Below, one piece after another: positions 39,927 to 51,471 of a stretch of DNA of 64,000 nt (position 1 is its first letter; every line of letters starts with the position of its first letter). The notes under the pieces are model-generated. The model was not told the DNA's origin and searched no databases. It saw only the letters and a list, made by a program, of their open reading frames with translations. This DNA is from Convolutriloba macropyga (Eukaryota): contig NC_134481.1 of NCBI RefSeq assembly GCF_964194025.1, forward strand, positions 13,082,001 to 13,146,000. Direction: 5' to 3'. The position numbers and the translations under genes are program-made.

Positions 39927-41052
39927 ATATACTTAGAGACTAGTAAGACGTAAGGCTCTAAGAGAGCTGCTTAGCCACTTAATTCCCTCCGGGCTTTACC
40001 TTTTTATCCCTTTTTAACAGGTCAGACGAAATCTGTCAAGCGAAAAAGCGCTTACAACAGACCACAGGACTAATAAAATTGCTGCGAACTTCGTTTGAGA
40101 GGAATTAATAACATAATAATTTCTCACAATCTAACCATAGGATCCGACGCTTTCGCTTGCAACTGATAAAGTACTTCTGACTGGTATCATAGAAAACTTT
40201 CAAGTGAGCTATGAAAATAACTAGTTTGATTGTGTTTTCAATAATTCTCAGCAAATTTAACGCAAGATGCATTTCATGCCATAAAAAAATTCCATTAACA
40301 GAGCATAAGTTGGCAGCAATTAAGATACCCGGAGATATTACCGCAGTCTATTCTAATGTAAAATAACCAATACGGTTCAATAATGCAAACTTGTCGTATT
40401 ACAATAGCCTAACAATAGTTTGAAAAAACAAACACTTAAATGTTACAATTAAATGTTCAAAAGAATTTTTTTAACTGTCAGCCTCCAACTTCATTCGCCA
40501 GGACAGCCTCGAGCAAAACAGGGGTCAACGTTCAAAAAGAAGCAATTCCCTGACCGGAATTGTCTAATTTTGATGAATATCGATATCTGTTTAACTTTTG
40601 TGCTTTTTAACGTTGCGAAAGTTTGATCCTGTTAAGAAATACATTAGATACTGACAAGAGCTGATTTAGATTTCAAATACGCCGTTAATCAGATCCGATA
40701 CAAGGTCCACAAGTTACAACAGAAAACATGATTTCGGCACACATATTGTAACCACAGTTTTGCAAAATTAATGAATCGTTATTACAACACAGCGAAATAA
40801 TATTAAAAAGAATTCAAAATTGTAATTCAATATGACAATTTACTTCAGTTCGAAGTGCATGAAGCTATTTATAAAAGGTCGCCATACGGAGAACTATTAA
40901 TAAGCTAATCGGATTAAGTAACAATAAGCTATCTGATATATCCTAATAAGGGCAATGAAAGCCGCAAAAGCTGGTTTTGATTTACATATTACACATTATT
41001 TGAATGGTCGGAAACGATAGAGGCCAGATGTCATCAAAGTTTAAATCTGTCA

Positions 41053-43347
41053 TCATTTCTTCTTAATCGTTTCAAAGTTTTTCACCAACTCCACTAAGCA
41101 TTCCGAATTCAAAGGCTGTGAGACAAACGGGTGACTCAAAAGTTCCAAAGCTGTGGCCCGTTGCTCTGGGTTATGTACCAAACATCTGTCCAAAAACGAA
41201 CGTAACCTAACTGAACATTTGCTGGGCTGTTTTAGCTTCGCGGGAGGCTGGTCGCGAATAAATTTAAGCGCTTGTATAGGTGGGTAGGTAAAATAAGGAG
41301 GTTGCCTTTCGACCATTTCGATTATTAAAATTCCTAATGACCATATATCAACCTCTGGTCCATAGGGTGCCCGGCAGATAAGTTCAGGAGCCATCCAATA
41401 AGGCGTTCCGACAAGCGAGCGCCGTCGCGGAACTTCATTGGACACTTCGGCACAAAAACCAAAATCTGATAGTTTGACTTGACCGTTCTTGGACAGCAGA
41501 ATTGAATCACTTTTGACATCTCTGTGAATAATGCCCCTTGAGTGTAAGTACGCCAGCGCTGTTAGACAGCTTTTGCAAATAGCCGCGATTTGGTCTTCGG
41601 TTATAGAAATTCTCTCACATGTTACGTACTGTGTCAAAGAACCCCCATTCAGATACTCCATAATGACCCAAAGTTCGTCTTGAACCATGTAACTGTCGTA
41701 CGACTCTACAATGTTAGGATGTTTGGCATCTTTCAGGATCATAACTTCGTTAAAGAGTAATTCTCGACGCTGTTGCTTGTCGATATTCATCTGCTTCACT
41801 GCGACTACCCGTCCGTTTGACCTCAAATCTTTCGCAGTGCAGACGACTCCGGTTGACCCCTCGTCAATCTTTTCCATGTGAGTCAGGAACGGTCTCGGGT
41901 CACCAGGTGTGACGTGCATTTGCAGGTAATACCTGAATTGATCAGTTGAGACTTTATCGCCAGGCACTGCAGCGTTGTTGTTCTGGTTTTTGACGTTTGC
42001 ACTCACATTAGATCCTTGGTTATGAGGAGTCATTTGATATGGAGGAGGAGGCGGTGAATATGGCTGGGCAGTAGCCTTCATAAAGTCCTGAGGGCTTCTG
42101 TTTGTATCAGGAGAAATAACCCTGCTTTTTACAATAACCTTGGACGAATCAACCTGGTCGTCATTGCTGAGATTCTCCGTTGATTTCGACAAAGGCAGAC
42201 TCACTGGTATCGCCTTACTCTGGCCTTGCTGGTAAAGCCCAGTTTGCAACTGCGCTTTTGACTCAAATGAGGCACCTTTCGGAAACATCGGATATCTCTC
42301 TGATGTACTGGGGTTGTCGTTTTCTGACGACAGGGAGCTCATCTTTTTGGGGACAGGGGGAGGGGGTCCCTTGGAATGTTCTGGAGACTTAGGGAATGCT
42401 TGAACGCTGGGATTGAAGCGGATACTCGTTTCGCTACGATTCGACTCAGATCCCCTATCGAAACTAGGATGAATCCCCGGTTGGGCCTGAGAATGCTGCT
42501 GAGGATATCGATATCCGGTATCTCGTGATTTACTGCGATTAGACATTGCAGACTTTTGATGTGTGCTGGGGTGGTACATACCTCTCTCATCAGAATAAGG
42601 AGGGACTTTAACCACTGGTTTCAAACTGATATTCTGCTGATAAGGAATCGTAGGCGCTAAAGGTGGCGGAGGGTTCGTACTTGAGCTGGGTGAGTGCCTC
42701 GCAAAGCTCTTCTGAGAAATAGCCATTCTCATTTCATGGTTCATTTGATCTTGAAGACTTGAGTCAGGTGCTGGCGCTATATTTTGACTTCGACTTATCG
42801 CGTCCGCATAATCAGGTGGCGCCGCTCCAAAGTCATTAGGCTTTCGCACTTGCTTAAGTTGAGGTTTCCTCACATTTTCATTTTCAGCTCCCTGATTTGT
42901 TTGTTTGACGTTACCGTAAATATTATTAACAACCCTATTTGGATCCCGTCCACGTTGTAACGTTGCAAATCCATTTATAATTGAGTTTTCTTTGCTATTC
43001 TGGTAAGGTACAAACTGTTTACTGTAGGGGTTACTTTGAGGTTCTGGCGAATGAAGGAAAGTCGACTCATGAACTGACTGGGTTCTTGCCCTGTTATGAT
43101 TCGTGGACCTGCTGTATTTCTCGGAACCCCTGCGATTCTCAACAGTGGCCGTGAGTCCTGAAGCTGGTGTAAGGTTATTCTGATACTTTCTAACAGACCC
43201 TGGTGTGAGTGAACTTTGTTGATAGGATCGAGGCCGCCTTGCGAATTCTGGTTCAGGGGCGATTTGTGGATGTTGGAGTCTATTTACAGACATGGACTGC
43301 GGGATTCCTCGTTGGATTCCGTTTATTCCAGGCTGAAGCTCTCCATC
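41053..43347 (-). CDS. PAK4: Group II p21-activated kinase, coding exon 2 (Pro/Gln/Ser-rich linker plus entire STE20 kinase domain)
   Basis: Motifs EGSTG, VAVKQM..KQQRRELLFNEV, HRDVKSDSILL (SDS is the group II signature), DFGFCA and RRSLVGTPYWMAPE. The TTCTTTCAG acceptor at 43348 extends the ORF by 18 in-frame codons. The symbol denotes the PAK4/5/6/mbt group, not one-to-one orthology. Confidence 0.96.
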   Translation of the reverse strand, partial: DGELQPGINGIQRGIPQSMSVNRLQHPQIAPEPEFARRPRSYQQSSLTPGSVRKYQNNLTPASGLTATVENRRGSEKYSRSTNHNRARTQSVHESTFLHSPEPQSNPYSKQFVPYQNSKENSIINGFATLQRGRDPNRVVNNIYGNVKQTNQGAENENVRKPQLKQVRKPNDFGAAPPDYADAISRSQNIAPAPDSSLQDQMNHEMRMAISQKSFARHSPSSSTNPPPPLAPTIPYQQNISLKPVVKVPPYSDERGMYHPSTHQKSAMSNRSKSRDTGYRYPQQHSQAQPGIHPSFDRGSESNRSETSIRFNPSVQAFPKSPEHSKGPPPPVPKKMSSLSSENDNPSTSERYPMFPKGASFESKAQLQTGLYQQGQSKAIPVSLPLSKSTENLSNDDQVDSSKVIVKSRVISPDTNRSPQDFMKATAQPYSPPPPPYQMTPHNQGSNVSANVKNQNNNAAVPGDKVSTDQFRYYLQMHVTPGDPRPFLTHMEKIDEGSTGVVCTAKDLRSNGRVVAVKQMNIDKQQRRELLFNEVMILKDAKHPNIVESYDSYMVQDELWVIMEYLNGGSLTQYVTCERISITEDQIAAICKSCLTALAYLHSRGIIHRDVKSDSILLSKNGQVKLSDFGFCAEVSNEVPRRRSLVGTPYWMAPELICRAPYGPEVDIWSLGILIIEMVERQPPYFTYPPIQALKFIRDQPPAKLKQPSKCSVRLRSFLDRCLVHNPEQRATALELLSHPFVSQPLNSECLVELVKNFETIKKK

Positions 43348-44824
43348 CTGAAAGAACGCAATTCACTCAAAGCCTCAATTAGATTTATGTTACAAAACTC
43401 TGCAAAATACGATAGATACCAATTGATGAAGAACGGGAAATGTCCAAAGGAGTGATATGCTGCCCAATGGCTTTGACTGATTATTTATTTGATTACCCAA
43501 GATTCAATTGCCCAACTAAGATAATTACAATTCTGAACACTCAATAAACTATATGGATTCATATAAAGGATCTGTCGAAAGACTGGTAGACTGATTATCC
43601 AATACATGAGATTATATCCGATGCAAAGGCCCAAAACGACGCATTTTAAACCATTAACAAGAGAATAGATTGAATAATCAAAATAGACGCTAAATATTGT
43701 TTCCTAAGATTAGTATAGCTATTGGGCACTTCTTATTTTAACCCAATGGGTATTTTGTCCTACGATACTTATGGGGAACATAGCTATTTTTCAGACTTGA
43801 CATAGTTTGCACGGCTTCCGCTAACTTCTGGCTGAGGTTCTAAAAATGAAGATGTTGAAACGATTATGCGTGCTTTATCATTGTAATTTATTTGACTTAA
43901 AATGATTGACTTCTTAACGCAGTCGATATTTCTATGTGCACATTAGAGACAAATTCACAGCTTTCAAATAACATGAAATTTAGATCTTTGATCGATCACT
44001 ATCGAACATCTTAATCATAAAATGACGGCATTGACGCGTTTAAAGTCAACCAATGTTTCTTTCAAATTATATCTTGAGTTGAAAGCTCAAGCAAAGAGCC
44101 GGCCGTAAAACACGCTCTTAATTAGCTCATTTTAATTGAGGTACAAAAGAGCGACCGAAGTAAACTAATTGTTGTTTCATCACCTATTTATAACACTTCA
44201 TCATATCAATGACGATTCTACTCTTAAACTACACACAACAACTGTCAATTACATACAATCGCCAATAAATTCACAATCAACGTTTTTTGAAAGGTCAAAA
44301 AGATATTTAAGCATGCGCTAGTTCTGAGCATTTTACCCTCAGACCATTTTGGCAATCAATTTAAAGCGCTGAATCAAAATTTGCATCTTTGCGAGTTATT
44401 TATCGAATTCAATCAGATTCAAGATCATGGTCTCAAAACTGATATAAGCATAATGAATATACTATTAGTCATATAGGTCACTTGAATACTGCAAGTTATC
44501 ATTGACCAGACCCAAAACTAAGTGGAGATCATTATTTGAACTTCAAAAGAGATCTGCATTTTAATCTGTACCGAAAAGAGCATACAATACGAATTCAGGA
44601 CTTCATATTAGCTGACATCTTTAGGTCATATGAGATATTTTCTAAGTAGACGATAATATAATAACTTATCAACCAGCTTTACCGTTCGCCAGTTGACCTG
44701 TTTGCGAGCAAATTAGTATTTCGGTTTCAAATATAAGTCTGGATTCAAACACGAATACGTCAATCATTTACATGGAGCTAGGAATTAGAGCCGAAAACTC
44801 ACACAGCCGAATGAAAAAAAAAAT

Positions 44825-45477
44825 GAATCAGAGCCGAATGCTGAAATATAATTGACCAAGCAATCTGTTACGATCCACCCGGCCTCCCCGAAGCCGCAAC
44901 CCTATGACGGAGGGTTTCTACAAGGGATAGACCTTCCTTACTCTATTCTCGTTTAATATTTTTTCAACAAAAAGAAAGCTTTTTAATGTTTACATTAAGA
45001 CTTACAGAGATAAAAACTGATCATAGTATTGATATCTCTTAATCAAATAAAAAATTATTTCATAAAAAACTATGATATGGATGCATTGATGTTGACTTCT
45101 GTAAATAAACGGCAAAGTTGTTTTTTCACCTTAGCGTTTTACATCGGCAGAAACATTTGATTCCTATGTACAACTCAATGATAATTTTTCATACTTTCTA
45201 TTCTTATATCTGAGAGCAAGCACACAATAAAACAAAAACTCATTTTACTCGACTGTCTGTCTAAAAAAGATTTGGGTATCAATTTCAGAGACCAGGACAA
45301 AAAAATAAGAAAAACCCAAACAAAAGCTTTGTTTTTCAGTAGAATTTCTTTAAGCTACCTGAACGTTCTAGTTAATCTTAGGTCAACAACTACTGAGTAC
45401 GTTTTTAACAATGGTTCTTTCAGTCAGCTAATGAGGCGCACGATGAGTCTTTTATAGTGAGCATTCGGCTCTGATTC
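44825..45477. repeat. 18-bp inverted repeat pair (possible MITE) in PAK intron
   Basis: GAATCAGAGCCGAATGCT (44825-44842) pairs with AGCATTCGGCTCTGATTC (45460-45477). Extra AGCCGAA copies lie at ~44789 and ~44805. Confidence 0.5.
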
Positions 45478-46348
45478 TTTTACTAAATCTTTTATATAGA
45501 AAAGGCTTGGACTCGCCGATACTATTTAAATCAAAAAGAAAAATTCAATAACCTTCTCATTTTACTTTTAGCAGCAAACTGAAAGCAACCGAGTTCAACT
45601 TGCAATTGTGAGTGAGACCGATGTAGATCACGCAAAACTCATTTTAAGGGCAAAAACTCACTACAAAGGTTTACTTGATGCGGCAAGAATATTGCATTAA
45701 AATCTTGCATAAAAAATAACTGATTCAAACGCGTTCGAGAGAAACCATGTTTCCGAAATTTTTCTGCTATTTCATTAATAGGCTTCCTATATGCAGAGGA
45801 AGCGCTAAAAGGCTAAGAACTTATCGGGTAAATCAAATACAAATTTTAGTTATTATCGAAAATGTGTCCTATCTATTGATAGAATGAACGCATATCTGAT
45901 TGGACGACAAAAATGTAAATAAGTATAAATAAGAAAATCGCACTAATGATTGCTAAATTTTGTAAAATTGATTCTTGTGAAACTCAGTACAATTCATCAT
46001 CTTCAGAACTCTGCATGCAATTGATACCCAAATATTAGCAAGAAATCTCATAGTTATCATTCAATTATTTGCTGTTAGGACTGGATTGTGCTACCCTCAA
46101 AATTACAAGGAAAAGGTGAGATTTCAAAACCTCCTATCTTCGTCGAAACGTATAAAAATCAGAAAAGTAAAATTCTACACTGAAAAAAATAAATATCAAT
46201 CATCTACGGTGAAAGGTTCACTTTGCGACTACACAAACTTTGAGAGAACTGCACAATGACTTAATACATTCAAACTTTACCAGTTTATCCCGATTCTTCA
46301 GAAAGAAAGACATAACGTAAAAGAGCTATTCCTTGACCAATATCATAA

Positions 46349-46820
46349 CATAGATGGCAGATTGCCAGAAAATGGCCGCAATAGCTTCGTAGATCTGCAG
46401 TCTCAAAAAAACAGTAAAAAAGAAAAAAGACACTAAAAAATAATAGACTAAAAATTTTTGCTGTATCTATTAGCTGCTCTCAAATAACCTTCATTTAGAG
46501 TGACACACAACCTTTTGAACTTATCTCTTTGAATTAAAGTAAATAAAAGTCAATTCCAAAGTGAGGAAGTTAGTTTTGAGAGTGAGGTAAGTCAAGTGTG
46601 ACCAAAATTTTAATCACACGAATGAACAAAAAAACTCGCTACACTAAGAGCGAAAAACGACGTCACACACGCAATTCAGTTGAAATTTCATGAACGAACG
46701 AACAAAAAGCAGATTTGAAGTGGTTGTGACGTCATATGCTCGTAACAAAAATCGCGACGACAAAATAAAAAAAACCAAGAGAATGCCAATAATAGCCCCA
46801 GCTATCGCTGTGCGGCTATT
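46349..46820 (-). mobile_element. Helentron/DINE-1-like element family B, copy 2
   Basis: Same ends as 35403-36335. The right end AATAGCCCCAGCTATCGCTGTGCGGCTATT is itself a partial inverted repeat. Confidence 0.72.
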
Positions 46821-48193
46821 AAAAAAGACTACTTCGTAAATTTGAAATAATAAAAACCAAATAGGAAAATGAATTAGAAAAACAGAAATTTTTACTTGAC
46901 ATTCAGGGCTCGGAAGATTACATGGCCAATCTCTTGTCTAAACAAACAAAGTTGTAACAGTTCAAAGATTTGGAACATAAAATATCGTTAAAACTGCGTT
47001 TATGAAACAAATTTATCGCTGAATTTCTAAGACAACGCCAAAAACTAAACCAACTAACAAACAAAAAAAAATTAACAAAAAATCAGACAATTGGCCAAAA
47101 ATTGCAAAAGCGGATTAGTACATTTAAAATTCTAGAAAACAAAATGAGGTAAGCTATAGATAAGTGCCTAATGAATAAACTGTCAAGATAACGTTGCCAA
47201 ATATACTTATTTTCTAGAAAAATGCCCTTTCAAAGATACAAAATTAGAGAAATTAATGAAAAAATTCAAATATTAAACAAAAAAGAGAAATATGTGCCTA
47301 TTTTGCACTAAAAACGCAATTACTAGGCTCTCAAAAACTTTGTGGCATCAATTATAGTGAGCTACATGTCAATGCAGCATTGGTAACAAAAATTATTTAT
47401 ACAAAAAAAAACAAAATTACAAGCAAAGATATTGGGTTAAATGGACGAAAAAACGGTCAAAAAGGGTTATCTATATGCACCATTCTTTGAAAACACTTTT
47501 CAAAGTCGAAAAGTCATTCACTGGTCGAAGCGCATGATCAAAAAACATCTCTCGCTCAGAAAAAATTAGTTCACACGGCAATTTTAATCGGCAATTTAGG
47601 TCAAAACACCGTCTGAACGAATAGTACTTCCGGTAAAAAAAACCTTAAGAGAACAAATTCTCCTCCTAGAGTCGTAAAAAACCAAGAGAAGGCCAATATT
47701 AACCCCAACTGATAGAAAAAAAGAACAGTTTGAACCTGATAAAAAGGGAATAAAACCGGTAGAAAAAATGCTACCAACTCCTGCTTCGTGTTCATTGACA
47801 AAAATTAGTCTTCGCGGTACCAAAAATTGTGTTTACACAGTTGAGAAAAGCACTGGGAAGAGACACGGACACTGCATTGGCAATGGGACCACTCGGTTTC
47901 AATTTAACAAGAATGTGAAGATTTACACCGACTGACTAAAACTGATTTAAAGTAAAACCAACACTACTAAAATAATGGTTAAATTTCGTTTGAGAGCAAT
48001 GAACAACAAATTTAAACATTCAATGCTTTGGGTAAATTATTAGTGGTTTCAGGAGGACGAGCTAAGCTACGGGCAGGTGCAGCAAACAATTTGAGTTTTT
48101 CGTTTATATTTAATTTCACCCCAACCAAACTATATAAGTAGCATTTTCAACATTCTAAAAACCTTATTTAATATTCTCGCAAACAAAATTAAC

Positions 48194-49075
48194 CTGTGGA
48201 GAAGGTCCGTATCCATTCATTTGCATGTTGTTCATCTCATGACTCAGACTGTAAAACCCACTGTCCGTTTTAGTAGTGGGACTAGTACATAACTTCCCAT
48301 CCGCTGTCTTCGGCCTAAATCCACCAATATTGTTATTGTTGTTATTGACGCCCTTCATCTGTTCGTATTCTGCTGACGGTTGCGGGTACATATAATTTGG
48401 GTTAGACGTTACCGCCTTCGTTAACTGCTGAGGCTGTTGTTGATGATGTACTGATAAAGGTCGTTCCAATCCCAAAACAAATTTGCCGTACTGAGGGTCA
48501 TGGGCCAACTTCGAGTTATCAACCCTATTAGCACTGTACCCACCAGTTAACCTCGTTGGGTAGAACATGGCGTTTGGGTTTGGATGTCCCAACTCTTCCT
48601 CGGGAAGGTGACCACGATATGCTGACTGCGCTTGGTTGTAATAGGTCTGTGGTTGCTGACTAGCGGGTGACGCTTGACTTTGATTTAGCCCATTTTCTTG
48701 CGTTTCATCAATCGATACCTCTCTAGCCTGAAAAAGTCTTGTATTGTGCGCATCAATCGCAGCTCGTAACGAATTACTTCTAGCCACAGATATGAACCCA
48801 GGCTGTCGTAAAGTTGAATTTTTGCCAACAATGATAGTTTTGACTGGTTGAACAATTTCACAAGGAGTGATCTGAGCAGGATCAGCGAACCCTTGCCTTC
48901 TGTTTGATGAGTCATCTCTAATGGGGGCATTGTCGATTATTTGATTCCACTCCTTGGGTAAACCGATAAAGGTCTTTGTGCCTTTGTCTTCTTTCACTGT
49001 CACTCTTCGCTCGAAGTTGAACGGATCCGATATCGTCGGTTTGCTTTTGTCTTTATCCTTTTTCTTCTTAAACAT
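48194..49075 (-). CDS. PAK4: Group II PAK, coding exon 1 (basic N-terminus, divergent CRIB/PBD)
   Basis: MFKKKK..ISDPFNFERRV..FIGLPKEW..DPAQITP..VARSNSLR matches the group II PAK N-terminus. The CAG|GTTAAT donor at 48193 is phase 0, compatible with exon 2. Confidence 0.9.
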
Positions 49076-50973
49076 TTTGCCGCTATTCAGTCAAAACTGA
49101 AGATTGACAAGTAATCGATTGGAGCGAAAAATGAAATGGCAAAAGATAATTTTCCAAATTTACGTCTCGCTATCAGCGGTACGTTTCCCGTCCCTACTCA
49201 GGTTGTAGTATCAACAATATATACATTTTAGTAACTGAAAGCACACTCAAGTAAATAAAGCTGCAGTCAATTACGGTTACGGTAGGGATTGCACATAGAG
49301 GGCACATTTTGAGCATAGTAAGACACAGGGAGGCTAAGGGCGACAGGAAATCCAATAACAATTCATTAGAAACCAATCTTCAAAATTCAGTCCCGCTCGT
49401 GTCAAATTCGATTACGCAAGGTAAACTCGGGACAATTTGGAAAGCACAAATATTCATATAATCTACCACAGTTTAAAATTGTCCAGACTAAATAGTGACA
49501 AACGCATAAATTACTTCAAGGTGATTATTTACACTTAAATTTCCCATGCAAGCAGGCCACAAAATTACTTCAAAGGCTACACAAGTACAAGAAATTCTTC
49601 GACCAATGAAACAAATTATAGTAAAATCTTTAAATTCACGTAAATTGCACTTGTTATGAATAGTTCTAGATATCATTGCTTATCGTAACCCTTGTTAGCA
49701 AATAAATTTTGGTACAAAACTTTGGTAGAAACTAACAACAAAGCATGTTGGATAAAATGAACTCAGAAATTGTGAACCCAACTCAGTGATTTATCAGACT
49801 AAACCAAAAAATATCAGACCAGACCAAAGGGCAGAGAGTGAAATTATGATCAGGGAGAATAAACTTTCAACCTCAATGAAAAAAGCGTAACAGGCAACAT
49901 TTAAGCAACCAATGAGCAAATCCTCAGTTATTCCGATAAATCATAACAGTAAAGTTGTCATGGGGGGTTTCCTAGCCATAGACATTTGGGGATCTTTTCA
50001 GTTTGTGCCCCCCCCAGCTTAGTGGGTGCACATTATTTGCAACCCCCAGACGCACGTGCAATATTTTTACATAATGATTTACTATGTAATGACACGTGCT
50101 CTGTCACTGTGGGGAGCATAACGTACTGGGGGGGGGGGGGGGGGGGGGGTGGGCACAAACGGAAAAGATCCCATTTGGGTCACGACTGCCTGAAAACAAT
50201 GCCTAATTCAAATGGAACCAATTAGTTATAGGAGGCCGTAGTCATAATGAAGTAGCCAGGACATTGACCAGCCAGGTCCAGGAAATTTCTCATCACTGTC
50301 TATTTAGAAGCAAACCTACACGCTATCATTCAGGAGACATTTTGTTCACAAATCTAAACTGCAGTAGATGGCTAACATCTGCGCAGTGGGCACTCAAGAT
50401 TGGATTAAAATAAAGATTTGAATATTTCTTATTAGCACAAACCATAGTTGGCTGAAGATACGGGTTTTGTTTATTTTAGCCCCCCTTGTTTGTTTTGTTT
50501 ATTAGCTCAAATCTTGTTCGCCCGAGGGACTTAGTGCCCAAACACTTAGAACCCGGGTAATCAGGTCAGCCATGGAGGCCCTTTTTAAATGAATTACGCA
50601 ATTGGAAAAAAGTCCCCGTCAAGAAACGTCAAAGATCTACGACAGAAGCCAATAAAGAACTTAGTAGTAGTAGTAATTGGGATGCGGCCACAACGTGGAA
50701 TTTAACGTGTGAATTGTACGCACCAAATTTTCCCTTTTCGGTCGGTGTCTTAGTGAAATTGTCAAGTGTGGTTGTTGGCAATTTTCTCCTTGCAAGTCTA
50801 GTGGCGCTTAACGCCAGTTCTCTTGGGTTGATCGAGTATGTTTTCTAATTCTTGTCTTGCCTATTTCTGGGTTATTTATTATTGCTATGATACATAACGT
50901 GAGAACAAGGCGCAAAAAGTTTACATAGGCAGCGGAAGATAAGAGGCTGAACTAATGTTATTCACTAAAAAAA

Positions 50974-51471
50974 CATAGCTGGCAGATTGCCAGAAAAAAG
51001 CCGCAATAGCTTCTTAGATCTGCAGTTTCAAAACAGTAAAACAGACACACAAAAAAAGAAATTTCTTTTCAATGAGGGCTGAGATATAAATCTTGATTAG
51101 AAATCTGTAACTTATTGCTGTTTCTATTAGCTGCTCTTGAATAACCTTCGATTAGGGTGCTATACACTCATTTGACCTTATCTATTTGAAAAAGTAGAGA
51201 AAAAGTCAATTTAAGAGTGAGGAAGACATTTTTGAGAGCGAGGTGTAACGAGTGACCAAAAACTTAATCACGTGAATGAATAAAAAACTCGCTCGACTAG
51301 GAGTGAAAAATAAGGCACACACGCAATTCAGTTGAAATTGCATGAAAGAATGAAAAAGCAGAATTGAAGTGGTTTTGATTTCATATGGTTCTAACAAAAA
51401 TCTCGACGACGAAATAAAAAACAATCAAACAGAAGGCCAATAATAGCCTAAGCTTCCGGTTTGCAGCTATT
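50974..51471 (-). mobile_element. Helentron/DINE-1-like element family B, copy 3
   Basis: CATAGCTGGCAGATTGCCAGAAAAAAGCCGCAATAGCT ... TTGCAGCTATT; the interior aligns with 46349-46820. Confidence 0.72.

Noticed and set aside
44865-44950. Solo LTR or extra PAK exon (GC-rich patch starting TGTTACG)
   Set aside because: I could not identify a matching CA end, a TSD or an in-phase splice pair.
41053-49075. Two separate genes (746-aa and 303-aa ORFs)
   Set aside because: A phase-compatible donor and acceptor join the CRIB-type N-terminus to the kinase as one PAK.
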